A stretch of 54,252 nucleotides of DNA from a virus (lineage: Duplodnaviria; Heunggongvirae; Uroviricota; Caudoviricetes): the IMG/VR virus record IMGVR_UViG_3300035547_000249. One strand, given 5' to 3'. Numbering within the stretch: the first letter of the stretch is position 1; the number at the start of each line of letters is the position of its first letter. This document shows, piece by piece, positions 24,309 to 34,147 of this stretch. A program made the translations under genes and the position numbers. The notes beneath the pieces were generated by a model, which saw nothing but the letters and a program-made list of their open reading frames with translations, had not been told where the DNA came from and made no database searches.

Positions 24309-25265
24309 TTATTGTAATTTCTTAGCTGTTTTAATGATATCTACTGCCTCATTATAACTATATTGATTTAGTGGGCATATTTTAGTTACTCCACACTCCC
24401 CACTATCAATCATGTTTTTTATAAATGCTTCAACATTGCCATCAGCATGTCCTTTCAATTTAGATAAATTCTTTATAGCCATCTCTTGCACACTTGTTAT
24501 AGTTCCAGGATCTGAAGGAAGTTTTTCTGCATCAGATGTATCTACTGGTGTCGACTGACTTCCGCCTGGAGACGGTACAGATGGAAGAGATTGCGTACCT
24601 GTAGAAGCACTCGGTGTAGGAGCACTTGGTGTAGGAGCACTCGGTGTAGGAGCACTCGGTGTAGGAGCACTTGGTGTAGGAGCACTCGGTGTAGGAGCAC
24701 TCGGTGTAGGAGCACTCGGTGTAGGAGCACTTGGTGTAGGAGCACTCGGTGTAGGAGCACTCGGTGTATTAGTGTTATGGTTAACCACAGGAGGATATCC
24801 AGCATTGCTTTGTGCATTACTTGGAGGACTTGGTTGAGAAACATTTCCTCCTGGAATACCATACTCTTTTCCAGAGTATCCACCAGGCGTTTGGGTATTT
24901 CCATCTTGATCATCATCGAATCTCAAACCAACTCCCCATTTTCTACATGCATCCTTCAAAGCTTTTGAATAAGCACTTTTGTGGGCAGTTCCAGCCTCTT
25001 CACCTTCTCTAAGTGGAGCACCACCATAACCATCCTGACAGAAAACATCGTCATTTTCAGTGTCTTTAATGCAGACATTGATTCTAACTATTACATTTCC
25101 ATCTATTACTTCTTGTGAAACAACGTTGCTGGACCACCTATAACCAAAAACTTGGTTCATTCTATCAGCCACATCTTTCCAATTTATATAATCATAAACA
25201 CCTCCCCTACCTTTTCTAGATCTAATATCTTCAAACGGTTTATATAGTTCTTCAGTTATTTTCAT
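24309..25265 (-). CDS. Rad52/Rad22-like ssDNA-annealing protein with a TPSAP repeat linker
   Basis: YDYINWKDVADRMNQVFG..WS..KSAYSKALKDACRKWGVG. Confidence 0.8.
   Translation of the reverse strand: MKITEELYKPFEDIRSRKGRGGVYDYINWKDVADRMNQVFGYRWSSNVVSQEVIDGNVIVRINVCIKDTENDDVFCQDGYGGAPLREGEEAGTAHKSAYSKALKDACRKWGVGLRFDDDQDGNTQTPGGYSGKEYGIPGGNVSQPSPPSNAQSNAGYPPVVNHNTNTPSAPTPSAPTPSAPTPSAPTPSAPTPSAPTPSAPTPSAPTPSAPTPSAPTPSASTGTQSLPSVPSPGGSQSTPVDTSDAEKLPSDPGTITSVQEMAIKNLSKLKGHADGNVEAFIKNMIDSGECGVTKICPLNQYSYNEAVDIIKTAKKLQ
24607..24768. repeat. 15-bp coding tandem repeat, ~11 copies
   Basis: GCACTYGGTGTAGGA units encoding TPSAP on the - strand. Confidence 0.95.
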
Positions 25266-25280
25266 AATTTTTTACTCCTG

Positions 25281-25333
25281 TAATTAAAATTAATCTTTTA
25301 ACATATTATAAGTAATATGTTTTACTTGTCAAG
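25281..25333 (-). promoter_or_regulatory. 53-bp direct repeat copy 1, containing TTGACA-16-TATAAT
   Basis: 51/53 identical to 26783-26835. Confidence 0.85.
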
Positions 25334-25916
25334 CCCACCTTAAAAAATGATTATAAAACATTTTATTTGGTATAGAGCATTGTATACGTTTTTGTTTTTT
25401 ATGATCCCTCTTAAATCTTGGAACAACAAGCCTTTTTGTATATTCATCTTCCCATACTTTTGATAGTTTTGGTCCAATAACATCCCAGTATCTTTCCCAA
25501 ACATACAGAAATCTTTTTGTTTCGAGTTTCCATATTAAATCATCTTCTTTATCATTTGATATTCTTTTAAGAAAATTAAACATAAAAAAATCATACATTG
25601 CAGGAGCTTTAAAAATATCTCTCCACCAATGAGCATTTACGTCTAACATATATTCCTCAATTATATTGTTTTTCTTACCAGACCAGAAACCAATGAACAT
25701 AATAAAACCTTTTTCTTTATATTTATTTCTATTATAGCATCCTAAATCTATAGCTGAACCGTGTTTGATACATTTTATTTGCACTGGTATTTGTGCACCG
25801 CCTTTTTCAATACTATAGGCGTCATTTTTACCTGTGTAGTTATTATCTGGTAAAAGGTTCCATTCTTTTATTATCTTTTCCTGATAATCAAAACCATGAA
25901 TTTGTCTAGCAGCCAT
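25329..25916 (-). CDS. putative restriction endonuclease
   Basis: HGF.YQ..D..PVQIKCIK..IDLG (PD-(D/E)XK-like); directly downstream of a methyltransferase. Confidence 0.55.
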   Translation of the reverse strand: MAARQIHGFDYQEKIIKEWNLLPDNNYTGKNDAYSIEKGGAQIPVQIKCIKHGSAIDLGCYNRNKYKEKGFIMFIGFWSGKKNNIIEEYMLDVNAHWWRDIFKAPAMYDFFMFNFLKRISNDKEDDLIWKLETKRFLYVWERYWDVIGPKLSKVWEDEYTKRLVVPRFKRDHKKQKRIQCSIPNKMFYNHFLRWA

Positions 25917-26778
25917 TTTTTAAATTCTCATTATTAAAATAATTAAATAATTTTTTATGTATCTCTCTTTTACTTAAAGATCTAACTCCAGATGTAGATC
26001 TAACAACATCACTAAAATCTATTTTTTCTAAAGCTTTTTTTGCCCCATTAACTCTCTCCTTACAAAAATATGTTGACACAGGTGAATATTTTTTTGGATC
26101 TCCTGGCAATATATTTCCTGCTCTTCCACCAACCCTTCTAATACTAAATTCAGCATCATCCTGATTAGTAAATTCAATCCATTTGTTTTCTAAATCCCAT
26201 ATCTTATCATTTCTACAATTTTGGGCTCTTCTCCATATTTGGAATACACATGGAACAGTGTATTTGTTACCACTAAGTATAAAGCATTCTTTTGGGCAAT
26301 CCTCTTCGTATATAAGATGATAGTATTTATTAAGTTTATTTTTTACACTATCTTTTTTAAATGTTTTTGGTAAAATAAAAGCTATTATTTTCACATTAAA
26401 GCTTGCAGCTTGATTAAAAAATTTTATAGCCAAACTAGAATTAAAACCAAAAGGAGGATTTCCTATAACTATTGTGTTTGGTTCTAAAGTAAGTTTTAGA
26501 AAATCATTTTTTACTACCAACTCATGTTTAGGATTTATATCATACATATAGATATTTCTTGAACCTTTCCTACTTAAAATTTTTAATCCCTCTAAAAAAG
26601 AAGCATTTCCAGCAGATGGTTCAACTATATTATCTATTTTAAATCTATAAGTCTCCCTTCTAACTATCATACAACATTTTTTTGCATATTCAGGATCAGT
26701 GTAATAAGCATCATTCCCACCATTAACTGCTCTATGTTTTGAACCTTTGCCAAAAGTATTATGTTTAGTCATATTCAT
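25906..26778 (-). CDS. amino (N6-adenine type) DNA methyltransferase
   Basis: EPSAGNASF (motif I) followed by GNPPFG (motif IV). Confidence 0.8.
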   Translation of the reverse strand: MNMTKHNTFGKGSKHRAVNGGNDAYYTDPEYAKKCCMIVRRETYRFKIDNIVEPSAGNASFLEGLKILSRKGSRNIYMYDINPKHELVVKNDFLKLTLEPNTIVIGNPPFGFNSSLAIKFFNQAASFNVKIIAFILPKTFKKDSVKNKLNKYYHLIYEEDCPKECFILSGNKYTVPCVFQIWRRAQNCRNDKIWDLENKWIEFTNQDDAEFSIRRVGGRAGNILPGDPKKYSPVSTYFCKERVNGAKKALEKIDFSDVVRSTSGVRSLSKREIHKKLFNYFNNENLKNGC

Positions 26779-26782
26779 AACC

Positions 26783-26835
26783 TAATTAAAATTAATCTTT
26801 TAACATATTATAAGTAATATGTTTTGTTTGTCAAG
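26783..26835 (-). promoter_or_regulatory. 53-bp direct repeat copy 2, containing TTGACA-16-TATAAT
   Basis: near-identical to 25281-25333; includes the inverted repeat ACATATTA-N4-TAATATGT. Confidence 0.85.
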
Positions 26836-27241
26836 TCATTTTTTTCCAGTTTTTATAATCACCAAACTTGGAATAACTAATAAGCTCATATCCAAGATAG
26901 TTCATATAATATATCTCCCTTTCCCTATTGTCAAGTATTAAATTAAAAGCTGAACAAACAAAATGTAAATTTTTTGTTTCTGTTAGACAAGATATAATTT
27001 TCACAGCCCAACATGGAATCCCTCTTTCAACCAATAATATAGCGTATGTTAATGAGATGTCAAGACTATCAGCTTTAAAAATTATATTGTTTTTAACTTC
27101 ATTAGAAAAATCTCTTAGGTTTTTCAAATAATTATTAAAAGTAAAAGCTTCTTGTATTGGATAAAATATTAGAAGCTCTTGAACATCTCTAAAAACACCT
27201 TCTGCTAATTTTTTGTAGTTAGGTATTATATTGATGCTCAT
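26831..27241 (-). CDS. hypothetical protein
   Basis: MSINIIPNY..; its ATG overlaps the tnpB TGA. Confidence 0.6.
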   Translation of the reverse strand: MSINIIPNYKKLAEGVFRDVQELLIFYPIQEAFTFNNYLKNLRDFSNEVKNNIIFKADSLDISLTYAILLVERGIPCWAVKIISCLTETKNLHFVCSAFNLILDNREREIYYMNYLGYELISYSKFGDYKNWKKMT

Positions 27242-28397
27242 CGGGCACCGCCCGACGATTCCAGAACTCCGAGGCTCCATCCAAGCCCAGTCTTGAGAAC
27301 TACCTTTGCCGCATTGATATCGCGGTCATGTTGTGCTCCACAAGCAATACATTCCCAAGCCCTTACTTTAAGCCCGCCCAGTCCTGTTGGTCCAGTTTTA
27401 GCACCACAAGTCGAACAGGTCAGAGTGGTATTTTTGGAATCAACTAAAACACACTTCCTACCGTGGTTATCACTCTTGTAGGAAATGAATTGTCTTAGTT
27501 GAGAGATGCCTGCATCAGATACTGACTTGCCAAAAATCTTGGCTTGCCCACGCAGGTTATCGTTTGTTATGTAAATTTCTGAAAAGTTTTCTACAATTTT
27601 TCTGGAAACTTTGTGGTTGTAATCTTTACGTCTATTGGAAATTCTTTCGTGTAGCCTACCGACCAACTTCTTTCGTTTGCCCCGTTGTGCTTGAGCCAAC
27701 CGCTTTTGCCCTTTAACAAACTCTTGGTGATTAGAAAACTTTTGACCGTTGGAAAGTATTGCCAAGTCCTTAAATCCAGTATCAATACCAACCACTTCTT
27801 TTGTTTGCTTGACCGGAAAAGTATGGTTGGTATCTATACACAATTGACAATACCAACCAGATGATCTACGAATTATACGAGCTTGTTTTATAACACCATC
27901 CGGTATCTCTTGTTTATGAAAACAAACTTCTTTTATTACTGGTAAAGATATTCGATTATTAGAAATTCTACTCCGCTTCAATATATCTGGAAAACAAATA
28001 GACCGAAGTTTATTATGAACTGACTTTAATTTCGGTTGTTTAGACACCTTCTTAAAACACCTATCCCAAGCACTGTAGGCTTGTAGAATTGTAGCTTGAA
28101 TTGTATGCGAAGGAATACCTATCTTTTTAGAAACATTTGGTAAACTGTTCTGTAGCTTGAGCTTTCTATGATACAGTTTATCCTTGGCATCCAGTTCTAT
28201 TTTTCTGGAAACCCAGTTATAAACACCAGTTAAACACCATAACCATTCTTCTAGTTTGGCAGTTTGACTTTTGTTAGGTTTAAGTTTTAATTCTCTTACC
28301 AGCATACAACTCCTCCTGAAACCAACAATAAGCATTAAATCCCTCTTGTCAAGAGCCTAACCCCGAAGACCCTTCGGGGATTGCGGCTCTAAGGCTG
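27231..28397 (-). mobile_element. IS200/IS605-family tnpB-only element
   Basis: left-end hairpin ATCCCCGAAGGGTCTTCGGGGTT; right-end hairpin TCGGGCGGTGCCCGA then CATCAA; exact ends inferred. Confidence 0.75.
27238..28335 (-). CDS. tnpB: TnpB RNA-guided endonuclease
   Basis: LKLKP..YNW; GIDTG (RuvC-I); CSTC..CIAC Zn finger; DRDINAA (RuvC-III); true start probably MLVRE. Confidence 0.92.
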   Translation of the reverse strand: MLIVGFRRSCMLVRELKLKPNKSQTAKLEEWLWCLTGVYNWVSRKIELDAKDKLYHRKLKLQNSLPNVSKKIGIPSHTIQATILQAYSAWDRCFKKVSKQPKLKSVHNKLRSICFPDILKRSRISNNRISLPVIKEVCFHKQEIPDGVIKQARIIRRSSGWYCQLCIDTNHTFPVKQTKEVVGIDTGFKDLAILSNGQKFSNHQEFVKGQKRLAQAQRGKRKKLVGRLHERISNRRKDYNHKVSRKIVENFSEIYITNDNLRGQAKIFGKSVSDAGISQLRQFISYKSDNHGRKCVLVDSKNTTLTCSTCGAKTGPTGLGGLKVRAWECIACGAQHDRDINAAKVVLKTGLGWSLGVLESSGGAR

Positions 28398-28454
28398 TTC
28401 ATTGAAAAATTATATAGCACCCAAAAAAAATCTTGGTGTGGCACAAAACGTTTA

Positions 28455-28985
28455 TTAAGAATGTATTTCTATAATGTTACTTACGAATCCTGGGATAGCA
28501 CAATATTCCCATTTATCATAGTAATTACTGCATATCTCACAACGCCTTCCACATGTTTTTTTATGTCTATAGTCTAAACAACCTTCAACAGAGTCGTAAC
28601 TAGCCCATCCTAAAGCTACAACCATGGATGTCATGGCTGTAGTTCTTACCCATCTTCCATACCTATAAATATTTTCTTGGTTTTCTCTCATATCAGATCT
28701 AACTCTGCCGGCTTCACAAAATATTTGGTCCCCTTTCCATCTACTTAATAATCCATATCTATAAATTACATCATGTATTGTAGCCTCCCAATTACCAGTA
28801 TTCCCAGCAATTAGATATGCAAAAGGTAATCTAGGAACAGAAGCAAAATCAAGTACAAAACCTTTTGGTGTGCATACAGTAACATCATACTTTGCTGAGT
28901 AAAAAGCCAAAGGTTCCATCAACTTCCACCATTTACCTTCTATATGATCTGCCCTTAAATGGCCAAAGAACTGTGCTTCCATCAT
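28455..28985 (-). CDS. DUF1353-domain protein
   Basis: PKGFVLDFASVPR..IHDVIY..D.IF.EA. Confidence 0.8.
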   Translation of the reverse strand: MMEAQFFGHLRADHIEGKWWKLMEPLAFYSAKYDVTVCTPKGFVLDFASVPRLPFAYLIAGNTGNWEATIHDVIYRYGLLSRWKGDQIFCEAGRVRSDMRENQENIYRYGRWVRTTAMTSMVVALGWASYDSVEGCLDYRHKKTCGRRCEICSNYYDKWEYCAIPGFVSNIIEIHS

Positions 28986-29002
28986 TTTTTCTCCTTTATG
29001 TG

Positions 29003-29983
29003 TTAAGAATAAGTGTTTATAGTTAATTCTTCAACACTTCCATCTAAAACTTCTATATAAAACCTTCTACTATTTTCATTAACTTGCGTGTAATAAGTTG
29101 TATCACCACTAGTAGATTCTTCAGTTTGTAATAAACTGTTTATATAAACTTTAGTTCCTACAGTTTTATTTTTTACACTAACTTCGTATTTAATCCAGTC
29201 ATTTGCATCTTCAGGACTTTGATCTATTTTTAGTATATAGTCGTCTTGGTTAAAACTGGATGTAGCATTTATAACAGTTCCTGCATAATAATAGTTAGGT
29301 TCTAAGTTACCACCATTAAAGGTACAATTATCATAATAAACAGATCCTCCATCATTATTATAATGATATGAGTATGTACCTTGAATATTAAATATTGTAT
29401 TAGATATTCTTAACTGATCCGACCAGCCAACCAGAGCTGCAGAATAATTAGTATCAGTAAAATACTCTCTATTTACTGTTATATTGTCTATAAAACAATA
29501 GTATAATGAAGTAAACACATGATGATCTCTATTATCATTTAAATTGTTTGAATAAACTACTACACCGTCCTCTCCTATTACTTTTACATGACTTTTATAG
29601 CTTCTTGGTGTCATTCCACCAACATGCCAAAAACACATAGGACATGGGGTATTGTAATCTTTTCCAGATGTTACTTCAGTATACTCACCTTCCTTCATTA
29701 TAACGGTTCTACTATCGCCTACCATGTTTATAGTTTTAAATGGTGAACTATAACTTCCATCATTAGTGTCACTTCCATCATTAGAAATAAAAAGTAATTT
29801 AGAAGCTATAGATGGAAACTCAGTAAAAGTATGTGTAGTTTTATTATTATACATAGGTATTTCATAAAAATCATTGTGTGTCATGAAAAACTGACTTAAA
29901 GTTGGTCTAACAAATCCTTGAGAAGCTTTGCCTCTAACTTTTTTGAAGTAGGCTTTGTAAATATTTGAAAGTTTTTGTACCAT
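29003..29983 (-). CDS. putative virion/receptor-binding protein with beta-helix-like region
   Basis: GSDTNDGSYSSPFKTI motif; N-terminus shared with the next gene. Confidence 0.55.
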   Translation of the reverse strand: MVQKLSNIYKAYFKKVRGKASQGFVRPTLSQFFMTHNDFYEIPMYNNKTTHTFTEFPSIASKLLFISNDGSDTNDGSYSSPFKTINMVGDSRTVIMKEGEYTEVTSGKDYNTPCPMCFWHVGGMTPRSYKSHVKVIGEDGVVVYSNNLNDNRDHHVFTSLYYCFIDNITVNREYFTDTNYSAALVGWSDQLRISNTIFNIQGTYSYHYNNDGGSVYYDNCTFNGGNLEPNYYYAGTVINATSSFNQDDYILKIDQSPEDANDWIKYEVSVKNKTVGTKVYINSLLQTEESTSGDTTYYTQVNENSRRFYIEVLDGSVEELTINTYS

Positions 29984-30002
29984 TGTTTTTTTATTCTCCT
30001 TT

Positions 30003-30536
30003 TTAATATATGCCTATTTCTACACGATTTAATGGTGTATTATACTCTCTATTTACCCAGTACAATGTAACACCAGGGTCATTAGGTGCTTCAACATGCC
30101 ATTTACTATCAGCTATTGAACAATCAATAAATGAATCATTTGCCCACCAAGCACCCCTAGAATTAATATAAGCAGTTTTATTAGAAAACTCTGTAGGAAC
30201 ATAACTTTTAAATCTACCGCAGTCATCTCCTCCCCAAGAACTTTTACTATACCTCTGCCAGTTTTCAGCTTGTGACCAACCACTTGGTACTGATGATAAT
30301 GGAACTCTTCCAATAGTTCCATTTCCAGTATCAAAAACTTCCCCTCCTAAAGCAATTACTTCACTTTCTCTATGTGTGCTTCCAGGATAAGTTAGTAATG
30401 GATCATTTATTATTTCAGTAAAGTCCTTATGTGTCATAAAATATTCACCAATAGTAGGTCTAATCCAGCCTTTAGATGCCTTACCCCGTACTTTTTTAAA
30501 ATAAGCTTTATATAAATCAGATAATTTTTGTACCAC
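30003..30536 (-). CDS. putative virion protein with the shared N-terminal domain
   Basis: first ~42 aa closely match 29003-29983. Confidence 0.55.
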   Translation of the reverse strand: MVQKLSDLYKAYFKKVRGKASKGWIRPTIGEYFMTHKDFTEIINDPLLTYPGSTHRESEVIALGGEVFDTGNGTIGRVPLSSVPSGWSQAENWQRYSKSSWGGDDCGRFKSYVPTEFSNKTAYINSRGAWWANDSFIDCSIADSKWHVEAPNDPGVTLYWVNREYNTPLNRVEIGIY

Positions 30537-30561
30537 TATTATTTTCTCCTTTTAAGTTTTT

Positions 30562-30948
30562 TTACTGATAACCAACCATATGGTTCTTCAACAACTTAGT
30601 AGAAATTCTAATTGTTGTAACAACATCTCTATATTTACCATACTTATCCAAGTCGTCTACTATTATTAGTAACTCATCAGCACAGAACACTAACATAGTA
30701 AGGGCACCTTCGTCTTTTGGCATCCTCTTAAGAATAGACACGGCTTCTAAGTAAGTACGTTCAAGTTCTGCCAACTTTTCAAGTTTTTCTGGTGAAATAT
30801 CCTCCATTATGGCAGGGTCAGTCACTACAGTTTTAACATCTAAATAAATTGCATTTGATACTCTAATAAGTCTTTCATCAGAATTACAAGAGAATAAAGC
30901 AAAAGCTGATAATACAATTAATGCTAATAAAACTAAATTTTTTTTCAT
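30562..30948 (-). CDS. lipoprotein
   Basis: signal peptide with LFSC lipobox. Confidence 0.7.
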   Translation of the reverse strand: MKKNLVLLALIVLSAFALFSCNSDERLIRVSNAIYLDVKTVVTDPAIMEDISPEKLEKLAELERTYLEAVSILKRMPKDEGALTMLVFCADELLIIVDDLDKYGKYRDVVTTIRISTKLLKNHMVGYQ

Positions 30949-30966
30949 AATAATAATCTCCTATTC

Positions 30967-31164
30967 TTATTTATTCCTTACCCAACATTTATCTATAAAT
31001 AGAAGGTAAGATTTAACACAAACATTTCTTTCTTCTTTATAGTCAATATAAAACCTACAAATTTCAATAGCTGGTGTATTATATGGAACATTAACATCTC
31101 TTTTGCCAGCACAAGAAAAAATAAAAAACAACGATATAATAGCTATTAATATCTTAATTTTCAT
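30967..31164 (-). CDS. small lipoprotein
   Basis: IFSC lipobox. Confidence 0.6.
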   Translation of the reverse strand: MKIKILIAIISLFFIFSCAGKRDVNVPYNTPAIEICRFYIDYKEERNVCVKSYLLFIDKCWVRNK

Positions 31165-31667
31165 TACTTATAGTATTTAGTAAAAACTTTGTTATTGAAT
31201 AATTCCCAATGATTATTATTTACTTGTGGATAAAGGTATTTAGTTTGATTATTAAAATCCTTTATAGCGATCCAAACTAATGGTTCTAGGTCATTAAAAC
31301 CTTTTTCCCTTATGTCTATATGAAACATAGCCCAAGGTGTTCCGTTTATACCTCTTGTGTCTCTGTATACACCTATACCTTTTATGTTTTCAAACTTCAT
31401 TAATAATAATAGAAACTGTATGGGTGTACACTCAGGAAAAATATCTACTCCGGTGGATTTTCTTCCTATAGCATAATGTTGAGATGTTTCTGAACCACCA
31501 AACCTTGCTAAAGCACCACTTACCGGAGATGGGTAGATAGGTTTGTTGCTAGCTATTCTAATTTCATCTAGTGTGTGTATTAACTCCGGTTCAGCATGTT
31601 TGTTTGGGTCCTCTGGAAATTCTGATGGACTGAAGTGTTTTATTTTGTTCCAATTTATTGAAGTCAT
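31164..31667 (-). CDS. peptidase M15-like endolysin
   Basis: HFSPSEF..SQH..VD..GIGVY..FHIDIR. Confidence 0.78.
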   Translation of the reverse strand: MTSINWNKIKHFSPSEFPEDPNKHAEPELIHTLDEIRIASNKPIYPSPVSGALARFGGSETSQHYAIGRKSTGVDIFPECTPIQFLLLLMKFENIKGIGVYRDTRGINGTPWAMFHIDIREKGFNDLEPLVWIAIKDFNNQTKYLYPQVNNNHWELFNNKVFTKYYK

Positions 31668-32065
31668 TAACTTATTTCTCCTTCATATTGTCCTTCACCA
31701 AAATGATATGGTGCTTTGCTTCCACGCTTCTTACTATCTGGGACTGACACAGGTGATTTATACTCATAAGGTCTATTAGAAGAATCTGATTCAGGAAATC
31801 TTTCCTTATTATGATCTCTTCTATCCGCTGTTTCTGCCCTTCTAGATGCTTCTCTTTTCCTTATCTGATCATTGTTTAGATCATCTATATCGTCTATTAC
31901 TTTTGTGTTATCGAAATCAGATGTTAGATAATTTGCGCTTGTTTTTGTGTAGTCATTATCACTGTATCTGTTCGAGCTTCCTTGTTGTCTATTAGCCCCG
32001 AAGTTTTTATTTTTCATTGAACTTGTGTTGTCTTTAAGTGGGCTGTCGTTTGGTGTTAAAAACAT
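31667..32065 (-). CDS. hypothetical protein
   Basis: 132-aa polar ORF. Confidence 0.6.
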   Translation of the reverse strand: MFLTPNDSPLKDNTSSMKNKNFGANRQQGSSNRYSDNDYTKTSANYLTSDFDNTKVIDDIDDLNNDQIRKREASRRAETADRRDHNKERFPESDSSNRPYEYKSPVSVPDSKKRGSKAPYHFGEGQYEGEIS

Positions 32066-32068
32066 ATT

Positions 32069-32650
32069 TTATTTCTCCTTTAAATGTGTTTTTATGAACT
32101 CAAAATCCTCTATTACTTTATTATAATGCTGGTGCTTTCTTCCGCCCGCCCGCAAAAAATATGACGGATGGTATGTCACAAACAATTTAATATTATATGT
32201 AAAATTATAAACTCTACCACGCATAGAAGATAAAGGATAACTTTTACCAACATTCAAAAGAGATCTACCAGCATCTGCTCCTAGAGCAACTATAACTTTA
32301 GGATTAACATTACTTATCTGACCAACCAAATAAGGAAAACAACTATCTATCCAGTCATCTTCTAGTCTTATCCCAGGCTGAAGAAAACATTTAACTACAT
32401 TAGTAATGTAAACATCATCAAGAGACAAACCAACATCTTCTAGTATCTCATCTAAATGCCTTCCTGCTCTTCCTATAAAAGGATACCCATGTTCATTATA
32501 CTCTGAATTTTCATCAGGTCCTGGACACATACCGCATATCATTATGTCTGCATTCTCATTTCCTTTTGAAAACACTGTTGTCTTTCTATTAATACTAAGG
32601 TTACATAAAGTGCAGTTTGATACTTCTTTTTTTAATTCTTTTAAATCCAT
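32069..32650 (-). CDS. uracil-DNA glycosylase, family 4
   Basis: C..C.L, G.CPG..E..G.PFIGRAG, TNVVKC, TYHPS. Confidence 0.92.
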   Translation of the reverse strand: MDLKELKKEVSNCTLCNLSINRKTTVFSKGNENADIMICGMCPGPDENSEYNEHGYPFIGRAGRHLDEILEDVGLSLDDVYITNVVKCFLQPGIRLEDDWIDSCFPYLVGQISNVNPKVIVALGADAGRSLLNVGKSYPLSSMRGRVYNFTYNIKLFVTYHPSYFLRAGGRKHQHYNKVIEDFEFIKTHLKEK

Positions 32651-32663
32651 AATACACCTTCTA

Positions 32664-33542
32664 TTAAATGTTATATCTTCTATAAAGTATTGCTTTATAC
32701 CAACTCTTATGCCAACCTCTATCTGTATTGGCTTTACTATTACATGAACGACATACTGTTATTAGATTTGATGGTGCACAGTTCTTTTTATCATAATCAA
32801 TGTGATGGATGGTAAGATCGTTTGGTTTGTTTGAGGTGCAGTATGGATTTGAGCATCTGTTTCCATCACGGTTGCGTATGTCTTGTTTGTATTCTTTGTC
32901 TTTCCATATTGGGCAGTAGGGTTCGTAGGAGATACCACCTTTCCAGTTTGGTGCACCAGGACCACATTTATTAATTACGGCACATGTAGGACATCTACGT
33001 TTATGACCCTCCCAATGAGCCCAACACATACTGTGTTTATGGCCTAATGGGCATATATAATCAAGTTTAGTTAAATTGTTTTTATATTTCTTACTTAATA
33101 AAGTATAACCTTCTTTCTCAAAAGAAATTCTAATCTCTTCTATAGTTTTCTTGGCTTTTTTAGAACAATAAGGGCATCTTTTACCATTAATCCATGAATA
33201 CCATATCACAGAGTGTATATGACCATTCGGACACTCATATTTTATTAAAGATCTGTTGTTTTTATAATCATTACTTAATAGTTTATACCCTTCTTCTCTT
33301 AATTTATAACTAACCTCTTCTGTACTAAGTACTCCATGAGAACAATAAAAACATCTTATTCCATTATTCCAACTACCCCAATTTATTGAGTGTTTATGCC
33401 CATTTTCACACACAAAATTTAATTTTTCTCTATTATTTATATATTCTTTTGAAAGAAGTTTATAACCTTCTCTCTCAAAACTCTCTTTTACAAATTCATA
33501 TGTTAGTTTTTTTGTCATATAAGTTTTAATGGGTGTACCCAC
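32664..33542 (-). CDS. HNH endonuclease with three N-terminal Zn-binding repeats
   Basis: EGYKLLS..Y.N...C..GH repeats; IHHIDY..NLITVCRSCNSK. Confidence 0.85.
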   Translation of the reverse strand: MGTPIKTYMTKKLTYEFVKESFEREGYKLLSKEYINNREKLNFVCENGHKHSINWGSWNNGIRCFYCSHGVLSTEEVSYKLREEGYKLLSNDYKNNRSLIKYECPNGHIHSVIWYSWINGKRCPYCSKKAKKTIEEIRISFEKEGYTLLSKKYKNNLTKLDYICPLGHKHSMCWAHWEGHKRRCPTCAVINKCGPGAPNWKGGISYEPYCPIWKDKEYKQDIRNRDGNRCSNPYCTSNKPNDLTIHHIDYDKKNCAPSNLITVCRSCNSKANTDRGWHKSWYKAILYRRYNI

Positions 33543-33574
33543 CTATTAACAAGATGAGCACACCCACCATTTAG

Positions 33575-34144
33575 TTATATTTCGTTAAAAGTTTCAACCT
33601 TAATACTACAAATAATTTCTGCTGCCTCATTGTTGGCAACGTCAACTAAACAATCTGTTCCGCTGGCTGTAAAGGTTATATCATAATCAAAAACTCCTCC
33701 TAAAAAGGAGTATTCATTGGCTAATACCTCACCACCAGTATATAATACGGAGTGTTTAGATAAACTCTTACTGCCATCAAATGTAGTATCCACAACAAAC
33801 TCAAAGTTTTTGTTGTTATCAAGATCTAAAGTATAAAATCTCTCAGTATTCCCAGAGGCTATAGTTTTAGTAACAACTGTACTATTAAGAGTAGTAGTTG
33901 ATCCTCCTATAATCACCCATTTATTTGGCAACTGTTGTTTATACCACAATGTTCCATTACTTTGTAAAAAACTTGCCCCAATAGGTATGTTATAAATCAA
34001 AGTTTCACCCGCATTAGCTCCATTAGTTACTAAGTTAGGGTCACTATCATAACCTAGAGTTGTATCATCTGGTAAATTTGTTGAGTATTTAAGCTGTATC
34101 GATCTCCTCTCAAGCTCAAAACTATTTCCATCTATAGAAGCCAT
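33575..34144 (-). CDS. putative virion structural protein
   Basis: IGASFLQSNGTLWYK motif typical of tail-fibre N-termini. Confidence 0.5.
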   Translation of the reverse strand: MASIDGNSFELERRSIQLKYSTNLPDDTTLGYDSDPNLVTNGANAGETLIYNIPIGASFLQSNGTLWYKQQLPNKWVIIGGSTTTLNSTVVTKTIASGNTERFYTLDLDNNKNFEFVVDTTFDGSKSLSKHSVLYTGGEVLANEYSFLGGVFDYDITFTASGTDCLVDVANNEAAEIICSIKVETFNEI

Positions 34145-34147
34145 ATG

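Noticed and set aside
24542-24968. ORFs with HRVLL or STRCR repeats
   Set aside because: These are alternative frames of the 15-bp tandem repeat.
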